Positions 24,531 to 37,614 are shown, counted from the first letter of the whole stretch. The stretch: 63,968 bases of DNA, filler included, from Pirum gemmata (GCA_002812295.1; 25 parts of 25 records of this genome joined end to end with filler, not necessarily neighbours in it); one strand, 5' to 3'. The notes: a model not told the origin generated them from the sequence alone. A program made the numbers and translations.

Positions 24531-26275
24531 GCCAAGTCAGTCACCAATAGTGAAATACTCCAGGAAGGAGAAAGGGTGATAAGGCCTTGTGGAAAGTCCC
24601 TTTTTCAAAGGGATTTCGTATTTCAGTTTAAAAATATTAGCGGTCACTATACTTATTTCGCTTGCCCTACTCGAGATTCATTTGTATGAAAATAATCCCT
24701 CTTTTACTTGTAGTCCTTTCATATTTATTTTATTAATTTGATATTATTTTATTACTTTTTGTTACTTTTTATTATTATTTGGTTCCTTTATTTCTAAGAA
24801 ACATTGAAAAGTTTAACTTACCTATAAATTCATTTGGTTTGCTTACTGAACTAACGATTATAAATGTACACAAAATGCTATTTTAGACCAAATGGTATTC
24901 GTTATTATTAAAAGCAGCAGGGGTTAAATCTGGAATATACGAGGATAAAGAACGCTGCATCCAATCTTTAAAAGTTAAAATTCTTGAAGGTATATATATA
25001 TCAACTGTGGTTACACATTCTGTTTTTTGTCCGTAATATTACTCTTGCTGTTGTTTCTTGGTAAATAATATAATATACTCTTTATTAAAATACAAAAAAC
25101 AAAAAATAGCTAAAGGTCTTCCGATGGGAAATTATTATGCTTTCTGTTGTTTGGATTCCGAGTATCAGGTTATTTTAATTCTTACGCCAAATACCAATTG
25201 AAACTGTTCATAAAAATCATTCCAATTATAGTAGTTTAGTTCGTTTTAATTGCATCTGTTCACCAATACACCAACCCTACGATGGTAAAATTTAACTAAT
25301 GTTAACCCACAACTCTCCTGTCTTAATATTTTTCATCTTTAGGAAAGAACCCTAACAAAATCAAACACTACTGCCCCATTTTGGGCAGAGGAATTTCATT
25401 TCAAGTAAGTAATATGATACATTTTTTTTTAATTTGACGCTTTTTATTGCTGTGCTTATGCATGTATATGTTTGTATACGTTCCTATATATTTATGTGCG
25501 TGTACCTGTGTTTGCTGTCTTTGTATTTGTATTGGTTTATTAGTGTCTGTTTGTTTTTGTGAGAGATTTTTGTGTTTTTTACTTTCTCATCAATATATTC
25601 TATCTAGTGCCTTGCCTAAAGATTTCTTCAATTTGGTTATATATGTCGTTTGGTCTGCTCGGCAAAAAGTAACAGGGCGGGTATCTGATGAGCAGTATGG
25701 TATTATTTTTAAAAATTAAAAAAATCAGCATCGTTAATTTTGCGTTTTAAACTTTGTTTTTTTTTTTCAAGGCTTTGGCAGGAGGGTGGGGACCACTATT
25801 TGCAATTTTTTTTCTATTTTTTGTACTATGTAGTGTAGGGATAATAAATATTACGCTTTGTTTTTATTTCCAGGTTGTATTACAATTAATAAAAGTTCCA
25901 TGGAAGAGAAAGAAAATTTTGAAAAATGGATCCCTATCAATCGAATGGTCGCTGTTCAAACTGAGGAGGAAGTTCCTTCTTTGAGGATGCATTATTCTTT
26001 TACAGTATATATATATATATATATATTAACTACTAATTGTTTATAATCTTCATATGCACTTTGATCACCAACATACTTGGATCCTAAATGCCAAAACACT
26101 TTCAATAACTTTAATAATGTAACCAACTGTGTTCCATTTGATAATATCGAAATGTAGTATTCAAATAAGAATTTTACGTAGATCAAGGAAATCTTCTTTA
26201 ATATCTAATTCTTTATTACCTCTTTTACAGAACGAGAAAATTTTTCCGATTAGCCATTATATTGATCTAGCCCAT
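24531..26275 (+). CDS. PH-C2-(RasGAP) protein, RASA1/SynGAP-like, internal exons 24531-24683, 24887-24989, 25110-25168, 25343-25404, 25608-25699, 25874-26004, 26231-26275
   Basis: Seven phase-consistent exons: SLFQRDFVFQF..YTYFACPTRDSFTKWYSLL (PH end), SLKVKILEAKGLP..APFWAEEFHFNALP..EKWIPI (C2), PSLRMHYSFTNEKIFPISHY (C2-to-GAP linker resembling RASA1 SLRVRARYSMEKIMP). Confidence 0.85.
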
Positions 26276-27061
26276 GTAAGTATTAGCCATGTGTATTTAT
26301 GCATATTCTTTTCTTTTATCATCTTTTTATTTTATCGCTAACTAGGTATCCGTTCACAGTTTTTTTTGTTATTGTTTTTTGCCTTTTTTCGTAAAATACA
26401 GTTATGGTGTTAAAGGATAACTGAAATTTTATTCATTCAATCATGTTTCATAACCATGTTCAGATTAATCACCAACCTTACTTTAATGGTTGGAACTAAA
26501 CATAATTCCCAATATTTATTTGTACATAAAAATACATTAATGATAATAATAATGATAATAATGATAATAATGATAATAATTATATTAATGATAATGATAA
26601 ATGATAATAATGATAATAATGATAATAATGATAATAATGATAATAATGATAATAATGATAATAATGATGAGAATGATAATGATAATAATGATAATAATAA
26701 TAATGATAATAATGATNATTATTGTATTATTGTATTATTGTATTATTGTATTATTGCATTATGTGTATTATTGTGTTATTGTATTATTTGTATCATTGTA
26801 TCTTTATATCATTTTTTATTGTTTTATAATTACATATGTTTGTATGTTTGTATGTTTGTATATTAAGTTTTGGGCTAACCAGTATAATTTACCCGTTATG
26901 TTTTTTATCTTTTTATTTTTACTTTTTAAGCTCTTGTAAGTTTACAACTAAAAATTAGTATTTGTAATTTTGCAATTAATTTTTCATGGGCTCATGCTTT
27001 GATCATCATGCCCCCCCCTGTTGTTTTATTTTTTGTTTGCTTTTGTTCTTTTACTTTTGCT

Positions 27062-27123
<62 letters not shown>

Positions 27124-27625
27124 ACTGAATTATTTTATTTCCAAGAAATTCCAAGAGCTCGAGCAATGGAGGGTTGGTTGGATAAAAGACGCATTGGTGG
27201 AAGGAAACCTGCACACTTTAAAATTTGTAAATTAACATTTATTAATTTAAGTAAAATCCTCTTGTAGAGCTATAAATACTATTATTTAGATTGATTAAAA
27301 TTAATTCTATTATTATTTTCATTATTGATATTCGTACGGTAACATCAGTGTTGCTATTCCTTGTTTTGTTATCTTTTATTTAAGGTGATGAATGTTTTTT
27401 TTTAAAAAAAAAAATCTACCAAAACTATTATTACAACCAAAACCAGAACCAGAACCAAAACAAAAACAAAAACCAGAACCAAACCAAAACCAAAACCAAA
27501 ACCAGAAATTAGAGCATGCGCATAATGAACACTAGAACCAGAACCAAAACCATAACAATTACTATTTAAATTATTCTTATTCACTTTATGTTTGTATTTC
27601 TTTTGATTTTCTTTAATCTGGGTAG

Positions 27626-27742
27626 TATGACGATTCTGGTAAGCGAGCTTGTGACCTTGCTGAGAAATTGAAACGCACTGAAATAAATCATGACTTAAAT
27701 GAATTCGTTTTGTTTTGGTCTGAGAAGGTTGAAACGTTATAA
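27626..27742 (+). CDS. Probable terminal exon, ankyrin-repeat-like end
   Basis: tag|YDDSGKRACDLAEKLKRTEINHDLNEFVLFWSEKVETL*; separated from the RasGAP-type exons by a single-n join at 26717, so its gene is uncertain. Confidence 0.45.
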   Translation, partial: YDDSGKRACDLAEKLKRTEINHDLNEFVLFWSEKVETL

Positions 27743-28107
27743 TTTACATATCCCCCTCCACTACCCCCTAATATCATTATAGTATTCCATAAATTAATAA
27801 GAAAAGATATCTTTAATTTATCCGTCTTACAATTGAGGTGTTTCTATATCCAAAATTATTATATAGTATTAATTTAATTCATTTGTTATAATATTGATGA
27901 GATTAATACGATATCAATGCTCTAGATATGTTTTCCTTTAATATTTTGTTTTTATTTAATAGTTACCAATACAACATTGGGTTCACTTATCCGTTCCCCA
28001 CCACTCACCACCACTCACCACCACCCACTAAAAAATATTGTGTGAAACTGAATTGTAGCATTGCTAGTTATGAGAGAGAGAGAGTGTGTGTGTGTGTATG
28101 TGTGGTG

Positions 28108-28140
<33 letters not shown>

Positions 28141-28240
28141 NNNNNNNNNNNNNNNNNNNNNNNNNNNNNNNNNNNNNNNNNNNNTTAATTAATTAANNNN
28201 NNNNNNNNNNNNNNNNNNNNNNNNNNNNNNNNNNNNNNNN

Positions 28241-28271
<31 letters not shown>

Positions 28272-28459
28272 ATATATATAAATAAACCAAATACCATCAT
28301 AAAAATAGTAATCACAAAAAACAAAAAACAAAAAACAACAAAAAACAAACAAAACCAAAACCAAAAACAAAACCAAAAACAACCCTTCCCACTAAAAAAA
28401 AAATAAACGAAGCAAAACAAAAAAAGAAATAAGAAAAATAAATAAATAAATAAATAAAA

Positions 28460-29281
28460 ATGGTTAGCTTCACTCAAATCGCTCTTGCTTCTGCCGCCTC
28501 CGCTGCTTTAGTAAATGCTTCTGGCCATGGCCATAAACACAAAGAATACACTTTTTCTGAATATGAAGTAAAAATCACCAACTTGGCCTTTAACCAACCT
28601 TTGTCCAGACCAGTGGTTTTTACACACAATGAAAACTTTGAATTATTTCAATTTAATGGTCAAGCCTCTAAAGGTCTTCGTATTGTAGCTGAAGATGGTA
28701 ACCCTGACGTTCTAGAAGCCGAAGCTGAAAAATCCAAAGATGTCAACTCTAAAAGTATCGTTGTAGGTGAAATGGGTATTCCTCCAAGACAATCACAAAC
28801 TTTAACCCTCAAAACTACAAAAGATTACCCTTTAATCTCTATGGCATCCATGGCCATTAACACTAACGATTGCTTTGTGGCTGTTAATGGTGAGAACATT
28901 TATGATTACGATAAAGAATACATGTGGGATTTACCGGGTCTTGATGCTGGTACTGAGGCAAATAATGAATTGTGTACTCATATGCCAGGCCCTGCTTGTC
29001 TAGAAAACTCTGGTAACTTGAGAGATGAAGCTGGATCGGAAGGATTCATTCATGTTCATCGTGGAGTCCATGGAGTTCAAATGTTTAATAAAACTTTAGA
29101 ACCTTTAGCTGAAAGAGCAAACGGAGGGCCGTTTGCACCTCAATTCTACGATTGGCGTAACCCAATGGTTCGTTTTGAAGTTGTGAAAACCAAAGAATGC
29201 TCTAAAAAATGGATTAAAACAAGATACGGCTACAAATGGGGTGCACTTAAATGTGAACCAGTGTATAACGAGAAATATTAA
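28460..29281 (+). CDS. Secreted stand-alone spondin_N domain protein, bacterial/algal-type, intronless
   Basis: Signal peptide; YEVKITNL..QPLS, ASKGLRIVAEDG, ASMAINTNDCF, DAGTEANNE, GFIHVHRG and DWRNP motifs. Confidence 0.88.
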   Translation: MVSFTQIALASAASAALVNASGHGHKHKEYTFSEYEVKITNLAFNQPLSRPVVFTHNENFELFQFNGQASKGLRIVAEDGNPDVLEAEAEKSKDVNSKSIVVGEMGIPPRQSQTLTLKTTKDYPLISMASMAINTNDCFVAVNGENIYDYDKEYMWDLPGLDAGTEANNELCTHMPGPACLENSGNLRDEAGSEGFIHVHRGVHGVQMFNKTLEPLAERANGGPFAPQFYDWRNPMVRFEVVKTKECSKKWIKTRYGYKWGALKCEPVYNEKY

Positions 29282-29844
29282 GTTTGAAAAGTAAAATTAC
29301 CATAATAAATAAATAGTATAATTTATAATTACACATTTTGATTACTTTTAAATTGAAGACAATATATGGTTATAAATGAGTTGTTAAACTTGAGAATCAG
29401 TTTATAACGATTTTTTTAAAAAAAGTGTGGGTATGAGTTATAACCTTTATAAATTGTCATTTTTAATTAAATAAATATATAATAAAAAAAAATGGATTTA
29501 TATTGTATTAATTCGGTACTCTTTATTGTATATAACTGAAAAACACTTTAACAGCACCTGTGATATATTTGACTATATTAAAAAATAAAAATTAATATCA
29601 AGGAATTATTTATCGATTTCAGGTTTTTTTACATTATGATAGAAAAAAAAAAAAAGCCTGTTCAAAATAGGGTCAATATTATTTTTTTAAAAAAACTAAC
29701 AAATGGGTTTTTGCTTATAATATTATAAATGAGCGAGTTGGTGAAGGTTACGGGGGTTCGGGGTTGCGGAAGGATTGCGCTAAAACCTTGCCACATTAAA
29801 CAGTTAAACACTATTATTGCTATTGCTGTTCCTGTTGAGTATCC

Positions 29845-29947
29845 CGTGTTGAGTACCACGTGTTGAGTACCACGTGTTGAGTACCACGTGTTGAGTACCA
29901 CGTGTTGAGTACCACGTGTTGAGTACCACGTGTTGAGTACCACATGT
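29845..29947. repeat. 14-bp tandem repeat (GTGTTGAGTACCAC) x ~7
   Basis: Perfect head-to-tail copies with no spacers. Confidence 0.95.
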
Positions 29948-30061
29948 TGGGTGTGCTTCCGGAAAATCTCAAAAATCGTCATTAGTGAAACAATCCTAGT
30001 GAAACAATATTTTTTTAAATTAATAAAAACTAAAAAAAACCAGCAAATCATAACCTTCTCT

Positions 30062-30286
30062 GGGAGATGCTAGAAAAACCAGCGAATCGAGACTAGTTCG
30101 AAACTTTCGAAATTTTTCCATCTAATTTTTTAAGTATTGAACTTTCGATTTCATTCCGCAAAGATTCTTTAGAATTTTATAGAAAAAACTTGAAACTCGA
30201 AAAAAAAAAGGATATCATTCCAAAATTGTTACTATTTAATAATTAGGATCGAGCTGTTTGATTCGATTATATTTTCTTGTATCTAC
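30062..30286 (+). mobile_element. MITE family D copy (~230-245 bp)
   Basis: GGGAGATGC..AAAACCA.CGAATC / GATTCGATTATATTTTCTTGTATCT TIR-like ends; aligns to 49166-49411. Confidence 0.75.
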
Positions 30287-30578
30287 TTGACCAAATCTTC
30301 TCTTATTTCCTGTATTTCTTCAATTACTAATCGGTTAAACCCTTTGGCATTGTCAACCATGATATTATGCCCTTTGAAAATAAATCGTATTAAAATTAAA
30401 CAACCAGAATAGATAATAATGATAAATAAACAATAAGAATGTTAATAATAATANNNNNNNNNNNNNNNNNNNNNNNNNNNNNNNNNNNNNNNNNNNNTTA
30501 ATTAATTAANNNNNNNNNNNNNNNNNNNNNNNNNNNNNNNNNNNNNNNNNNNNTTATTTTATTTATTTATTTATAAAA

Positions 30579-31574
30579 TCATTGCTTTTCCAGAAATTTT
30601 CTAGTTTTCACATGAACATAAATACACATACACACCATTTCTAATACCAAATAACAAATACAAAATTGAATCAATGGAGAAATAGATAATTGAATATAAA
30701 CAGCATGTAAAGTAGCCCGTAGAACAGTAGTAAGAATCCCGATAAACAAATAAACTGAGCCTGTTCTTAAGTATATATAAAAATCTGAATACTTTTTCGT
30801 AATATTTCGAGCTAAATAAGTATAATAATTAATCACACAAGGAAACAACACACAAAAAATCGCTAACGAGGGACCCAAAACAATCATAGATGCTTGTTTA
30901 TGATCATAGTTTTCATAATTTAAAAATGCTGGAATAACGGTTAAGAGGAAAAGAAATAGAAAAGGTGGGACAGGGGTCAAATAAGTTAACAAACCCTTAT
31001 TTTGAAGTTTTACTTGAGCTTTAGAGTCAAAAGCAATATAAATCAATCTCATTCTACATACTAAAGCTAACATAAAACAATTGAAAAAAAATAAATTAAG
31101 AAACATTATTGCCCAATTAACCGCATCCTTAAGATTTTCAAGAAAATACAAATTTACATGGATGTTATTCATAATAATTAGAGCGATAAACGCAATAGAT
31201 AAATGAATGTAGAAATACTTATTTCTCATAATATAACAGTTATAATGTCTAATAATTAAAACCACTATTAAACATATTATTGCTAACAAACTTTCAATCG
31301 CAACAAAAATCGAGTGACCATATAAAACCGAATAACTTTTTTTAATTATGACATCATAAGAGTCTAAGTAGCTATTCGAATATTTCATCAAATGAAACGT
31401 ATGGTTATCCCAAAGTTGCGTGCATGTTTTAAAATGATTAATTAATAAAGTTTGATAAGTAAGAAAAATCAAGGTCTTATTACTCTCTTGTATTGCCGTT
31501 TTTGGTTTTGTTTTCAGGGTTTTAGTAAGTTGAATATTTTGTGATGATGGTTTAGTAGTATTAATAGAGTTGCT

Positions 31575-31639
<65 letters not shown>

Positions 31640-32254
31640 CAAAAAAAACCTCTATGTTACTATATATTGGTTTTAACTTCTTTGCCATTTCAATATTGCT
31701 TTTACCTTGATATGACTGCTGTTGTAGTTGTAGTTGAAGTTGTAATTTTGTTAGCCATTCTCCTTGTAGTACCTGGTTTTGTTGCTCAATCGGTAATTTC
31801 CACAGGGGTTGGCTTTGGTTTTTATACAAAGAATTAAACAATTCATCTATTTCACGTATATCTAAAGGTTGTTGTTTAAGTACATAACCGTATAAATCTA
31901 AAAAGTTAACACAGGTATTTACCAACACACTCACATTGGACTCTTTTTCTAAAACTGTAGGAACCAACCTGAAAAAAACGAAATCATTTTCAACTAATAA
32001 AAAAATTAAACCCTCTATAAATGCTTTTACACCTCTAAAATATACTTGATTGTTAAGAAAATTAATATCATAAAGAACACTTTTTTCTATGTTGGCTACA
32101 AAATTTTCTATATCAACATCTTTAGGAACAAACTGGTAATATTGACGTAAAAACTTGTACCTCTCTGATTCGATTTGAGTAAGATAATCAGAAGTTCCTT
32201 TTAGACTTAAAAGCACATGTTTGTTTATTTCAAAAGTTTTGCCCAAAAAACAAG
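30579..32254 (-). CDS. Terminal exon of a seven-transmembrane (GPCR-like) protein with a large N-terminal region and poly-Q
   Basis: Splice acceptor at 32255-32256; seven hydrophobic segments in the last ~250 aa; CRMRLIYIAF after the third segment. Confidence 0.7.
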
Positions 32255-32642
32255 CTACAATAAAAAATTAAGAAAAAAACATTAAAATTGATATTATTAT
32301 TATTATTATAGTTGGGTTAGTTGTTGATATTATTATTATTATAGCTGGGTTAGTTGTTGATATTATTATTATTAGGGTTAGTTGTTGATATTATTATTGT
32401 TATTGGGTTAGTTGTTTCGATGATATTTTTTTGTTTTTGTTATTATTTATTTTCCCAATAAAATATCTTCAATTAAATTAATAATTTGAGGAGGTTTCGG
32501 AATTTGTTAAAGAAAATAATTACAATAAAATATTTCACTATATTAAAAGTGTTTTTGAGGTGCTTTATCCAATAAAATAGCTACAATAAAATTGAAATCG
32601 ACAATATTAATGGACTACTACTACTACTACTACTACTATTAT

Positions 32643-32713
<71 letters not shown>

Positions 32714-32941
32714 CTACTACCACTACTACTACTACTACTACTACTNNNNNNNNNNNNNNNNNNNNNNNNNNNNNNNNNNNNNNNNNNNNTTAATTAATTA
32801 ANNNNNNNNNNNNNNNNNNNNNNNNNNNNNNNNNNNNNNNNNNNNATGCACAATATTAATAGTCCTGTCGAAAAGTAGTGGTTTTGAAATTTTTAACTTA
32901 TATTTATATAGTATTAAATAATAATAGTATAAAATAGCGAT

Positions 32942-33944
32942 ATGCCTAAACAGAACAATGTAAAGTGTCATGGCGGCTGTGGTAAAAACGCCAACTTTAA
33001 CTACGAAAATGAAGAAGTTCCAATTTATTGTAGTGACTGCAAACTTCCCAGCATGATTGACGTTTCGAATAAGAAATGTATTGGAGGCTGTGGTAAAACT
33101 CGCACTTTTAATTACCCACAGGAAAAAAATGGGGTATGTTGTTCTACTTGTAAATTGCCAGGTATGGTAAATGTGAACCAAAAGAGATGCTTGGGTGGCT
33201 GTGGGAAAAAGCCTAGTTTTAATGTTCCCGGAGAGAAAAGACCAATTTATTGTGCTGGCTGCAAACTTGATGGGATGATAGATATTATTAACAAAAAATG
33301 TATAGGTGGTTGTGGCAAGGTACCTAACTTCAATTATGAAAACGAAAAGAAACCTGTGTGTTGCTCAAATTGTAAACAAGAGGGTATGATTGACGTAGTC
33401 AATAAAAAATGTATAGGCGGATGTGGTAAAACACCAAATTTTAACTGGGAATCGGAAAAAAAGAGATTATTCTGTTCATCTTGTAAGTTGGATGGTATGG
33501 TGAACGTTTGTTTTAAAAAGAGAAAAGCCGAATTGCTCGCTAAACAAGAATCTACTAGTCCACCCGGTAAAAAAGTTAGAAAACCGAGAGAGAGAAAACC
33601 ATGCAAAAAACAAAAGAAAGCAAAAAAGGCGGTAGAAAAGAAAATGGCAAACGAAACAGTGGAAGAGGAAACAGAATTAAAAACAGAAACGATTGATCCA
33701 GAAATATCACAACAATCATTACAAACTTCGTTCCAAGAAACGTTATTTTTACAATCAAGTACTGCATCAGCTCCAACAGCGGCAGCAGCTCGTTCACCAT
33801 CACCAAATGCATGCTCACCTAATCAGGCGTCACCGATTCTCACAGAACAACATTCACCCACCGAATCCCTGGAGCAAAAAATCAAACAAGATAACGAGAA
33901 ACAGCAACAGCAACTTCAACAACAACAACAACAGCTATTGATCC

Positions 33945-33979
<35 letters not shown>

Positions 33980-34972
33980 ATACAGCAAACTCATCAGCTT
34001 TTTCAGCACCAACCTTTATTCCAACCACAAAACTCTGAGCAACAATCGCCACCACACCAACCACAGCAAACATCACCACAATTAACATCTCATCACATTA
34101 GTTTACATCAACACCACCATCAACAACAACAGCGACATCAGCAGCAAACACGTAACCAGTTTGGATCACAATTTAGTCCTCCATTTAGCCCAGCTGAATC
34201 ACCCCTTGCAAACCAACATTTACAAGAACAAGAACAACGGATGATTCGGGATCAACAAATGGCTCGTGAACAACAACTACGCCAACAACAAATACGACAC
34301 CAAGAACTACGAGAACAACAGGTTAGAGAACAACAAATAAAAGCCAGGGACGAACAGAAGGTTAGGGAGCACCAAATGGCTAGAGAGCAGCAACTTTCAC
34401 GAGAACGACCCCCACCATCTCACTACCACCAAGGCTATCATACTCAACAACAACATCACCGTCATTATCATCATCAACAAGAACAACAACAACAAACGCA
34501 ACATTCGCTCCATCATCAATCCCAGCAACATCAACACCCCCACTCACCCCCCCCACATTTAAGCCTACAACATAAACAAATAAAACTGCAAACCCCCAAT
34601 GAGCAACAACAGCAACAAAGAAAACAACAACAACAACAACAACAACACCAACAATTAAAACAAGAGAATGTCAATCTCTACGGTGGCCCTTTTAACAACC
34701 AGGATAAGAATGGTTATGGGTCGATAGGAAGCAATTATTTACGAAGAGTAAACACTGAAAGTTTAGGAAATATAAATCTGACTAATCATAGTGGCAGTGC
34801 TAATAGCAATATTCAATATTTAATCGATTATAGTTCTAACGGTGGTTCAAATACAAATGGCTCTTCAACAATCGGTGACAAAGGTCAAACCCCAGGTAAT
34901 CCTTGTAATATCAGCACCCCTACCAGTATTAAGCGAAATGATGATTGGAATTCTAATTACTTTGTATATTAA
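32942..34972 (+). CDS. EsV-1-7-like Cys-rich repeat protein (5 x 37 aa) with a basic NLS-like segment and Q/H-rich tail; putative transcriptional regulator
   Basis: Repeat KCxGGCGKxxxFNxxxEKxxxxCxxCKxxGMxxVxxK; KKRK and KKVRKPRERK; poly-Q/H; intronless 676-aa ORF. Confidence 0.8.
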
Positions 34973-35316
34973 ATAGAATGTGCAGTAATTGTTGATTGTT
35001 TTTGTATAAAAAATATTAAGTATTTTATGCAGTAAAAATATAAGAGTATTTATTTCTAGTTATTTATTTTTTTTTTTTTTCCTATATNNNNNNNNNNNNN
35101 NNNNNNNNNNNNNNNNNNNNNNNNNNNNNNNTTAATTAATTAANNNNNNNNNNNNNNNNNNNNNNNNNNNNNNNNNNNNNNNNNNNNAAAAAAAAAAAAA
35201 AAAAAGGAAAAAAAAAAAAAAAAAAAAAAAAAAATAATAATAATAAAATAAAGGCTGAAAAAAAGTAAAGCAATAACAAATAACAATTGTAAAAATGACT
35301 TTTTTTTCACGTGCAA

Positions 35317-37290
35317 ATGATGGAAGTTAAAAAAAAAAGCCCAAACAAATTGTTTATGATTACGATTTGAATACACCTCAATATGTATGTGATTGTGGAC
35401 AAAGCAGTTTTCCAAAAAACAAATGGACAATAAAAGAAGGATTGCGTGAATTATTGACTAATTGTATAGATGCATGTGTCAAAGTTTGTAAAGAATACAA
35501 TTTAACAGACATGTCTATTGCTTTTAAAGATAGTAAAACTCGCGATTTGTTTGTCATTAGCGCTTTTGATACCAAAGAAAGGAAAAGAGTTAATTTAGGA
35601 AAAGTTACCGCATTTACCACAACTCGTAACTATAGTACAGGATGTTTACAAATAGGTTCAGTGAAAAGTAAATATAAACACAAGGTAACGAAATCTACCA
35701 AATGTTAGGTTATTCAATTTAAAAATACTGGAATTACTTTTCCCGTTTTTAAAGCTTTTCCACAAGGAAATACCAGTAAAATCCAGGATAATGATGCAAT
35801 TGGAGAATTTGGTGAAGGATTGTCAGCAGCTACAGCAGTTTTTCTTCGAAATCAGTTTACATTTAGTGCTGTAAGTGGAAATTATACTTTCCAAACTTTT
35901 CAAGATTATAATTATTATTATCAAATTTCGAAAAATAAAGATGAAGTTTGTTATCCCCATGTGATCTTTTCTCTTTATCAACCAGAAGAAATGTTTAAAT
36001 CAAGTATGCTTGACGTCTTATCAATTTTCAAATCTTTTTATTTAGATAATTCGATCGAACAACTGTCTTCGAGTAATGGTAGTTTGTTAATTGATGAAAG
36101 ATATAGGGGAAAGCTTTACATCAAAAATATTTTTGTTTGTGATTACGAGCCTGCTCTTTTTGGTGTTAATTTTAACGACAAAAACATTATTGATAATCGT
36201 GATCGTGATCGAGTAAATGGTAATTCCCAGTTCCAAAAAGTTTGTTCAATTTACAATGAATTGTTTAAAACAGGAGAGGAACATGGGTTCAATACCTTGA
36301 AAGATTATTTGCTTCAGAAGTATATTCGTGAAGATAGACCAAAAGATGTTAAAGATGCTCGTTTTTTTTCTCCTGAATTAATTCAATTAATAAGAACGGT
36401 TGGTTCTGATGTCGCTGTTATTTACTGTGTAAATTACGATGGTTTAGCAAATTTTTTGGAGTCAATTTTAGGAATCAGAATTGTTTTTTGCCACCCTATA
36501 ATTGATAATACACAAGAGCTTTTCCAAGATTTTTTTGAAAAAGTTACGTCTAATTTTGAACATTGTATAATACTCATTACAAAATCAATGGCGATAATGG
36601 AATTTTATCAAATATACATCATGATTACATTCTGATAGAAGACAAAGATGCTAAATTATTATTAAAATCGTTTTGTTGTTTTTTCAGGAAAGACAATCAA
36701 GTTTACTTATTTATTTCAGGAATTTCAAACAGCTTATCTATCGAAAATGAGATATTTCTACATAATTCTATGGAATTGATGAATTGGGATAAAAAGAAAC
36801 GCTTTTATACAGTTGGTTACATAAGAGATTATCTAAAATCTTTGTCATTGTCAGAACCATTTGCAAAAAGAAGGCATATGGATGAAAATGAAAGTGAAAG
36901 TGAAAGGTGAAAATGAAAGTGAAAGTAAAAGTGAAAAAAGTGAAAGTAAAAGTGAAAATGAAAATGAAAATGAAAATGAAAATGAAAATGAAAATGAAAA
37001 TGAAAATGAAAATGACATTTTTGATACAAGTATCAAAATTAACAAGTTCCCTGCTGAATTTAAAAATCCAATTAGTCAAGTCTGTTATTCATCAGGATAT
37101 GGTAATATTAGAGAGTGAGTATGATAGTGTCTTTGAAATGAAGAAGTTTGGTAATGTAAAAGTTTTAAAAATTTACATTGGTAAAAAAGACGTTGACATG
37201 TTGAACATCATTGATTATTACAATTACTATTTTAACCAAATTGTTTTAAAGCAATTCTTTTTGTATCGTCAAGCGCCAACTCGATTTTAA
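35317..37290 (+). pseudogene. Disrupted GHKL (HATPase-like) ATP-binding protein gene
   Basis: WTIKEGLRELLTNCIDA (N box), FKNTG, GNTSK..AIGEFGEGL and GKLYIKNIFV..LFGVNF..RDRDR; broken by a poly-A shift (~35330), in-frame TAG at 35706-35708, and frameshifts near 36560, 36905 and 37110. Confidence 0.7.
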
Positions 37291-37487
37291 TATCGAATTT
37301 GAAATTAAACAAAAATTCAAGTATTGGATTAACAATCTCTCGCTAGTGCGACTACACTTGAAAATTATTATTATTATTATTATTATTNNNNNNNNNNNNN
37401 NNNNNNNNNNNNNNNNNNNNNNNNNNNNNNNTTAATTAATTAANNNNNNNNNNNNNNNNNNNNNNNNNNNNNNNNNNNNNNNNNNNN

Positions 37488-37600
37488 ATTAATTTGGTAT
37501 TTTATACTTAATGTTGTATTTTCTAAAAAAGTTCAATAATACACTTAAACAGTACAAAATTAAAGATTGAGGGGGACAACTGCTGTTATGAAATAGACGT
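37488..37600 (-). mobile_element. MITE family B partial copy
   Basis: Matches 18015-18125. Confidence 0.75.
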
Positions 37601-37614
37601 TATAGTCTAGTCTA

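Noticed and set aside
29845..29947. CRISPR-like array
   Set aside because: 14-bp units with no spacers in a eukaryotic context; a simple minisatellite.
35706..35708. Stop-codon reassignment suggested by the in-frame TAG
   Set aside because: Other genes read cleanly in the standard code, and this locus also has frameshifts.
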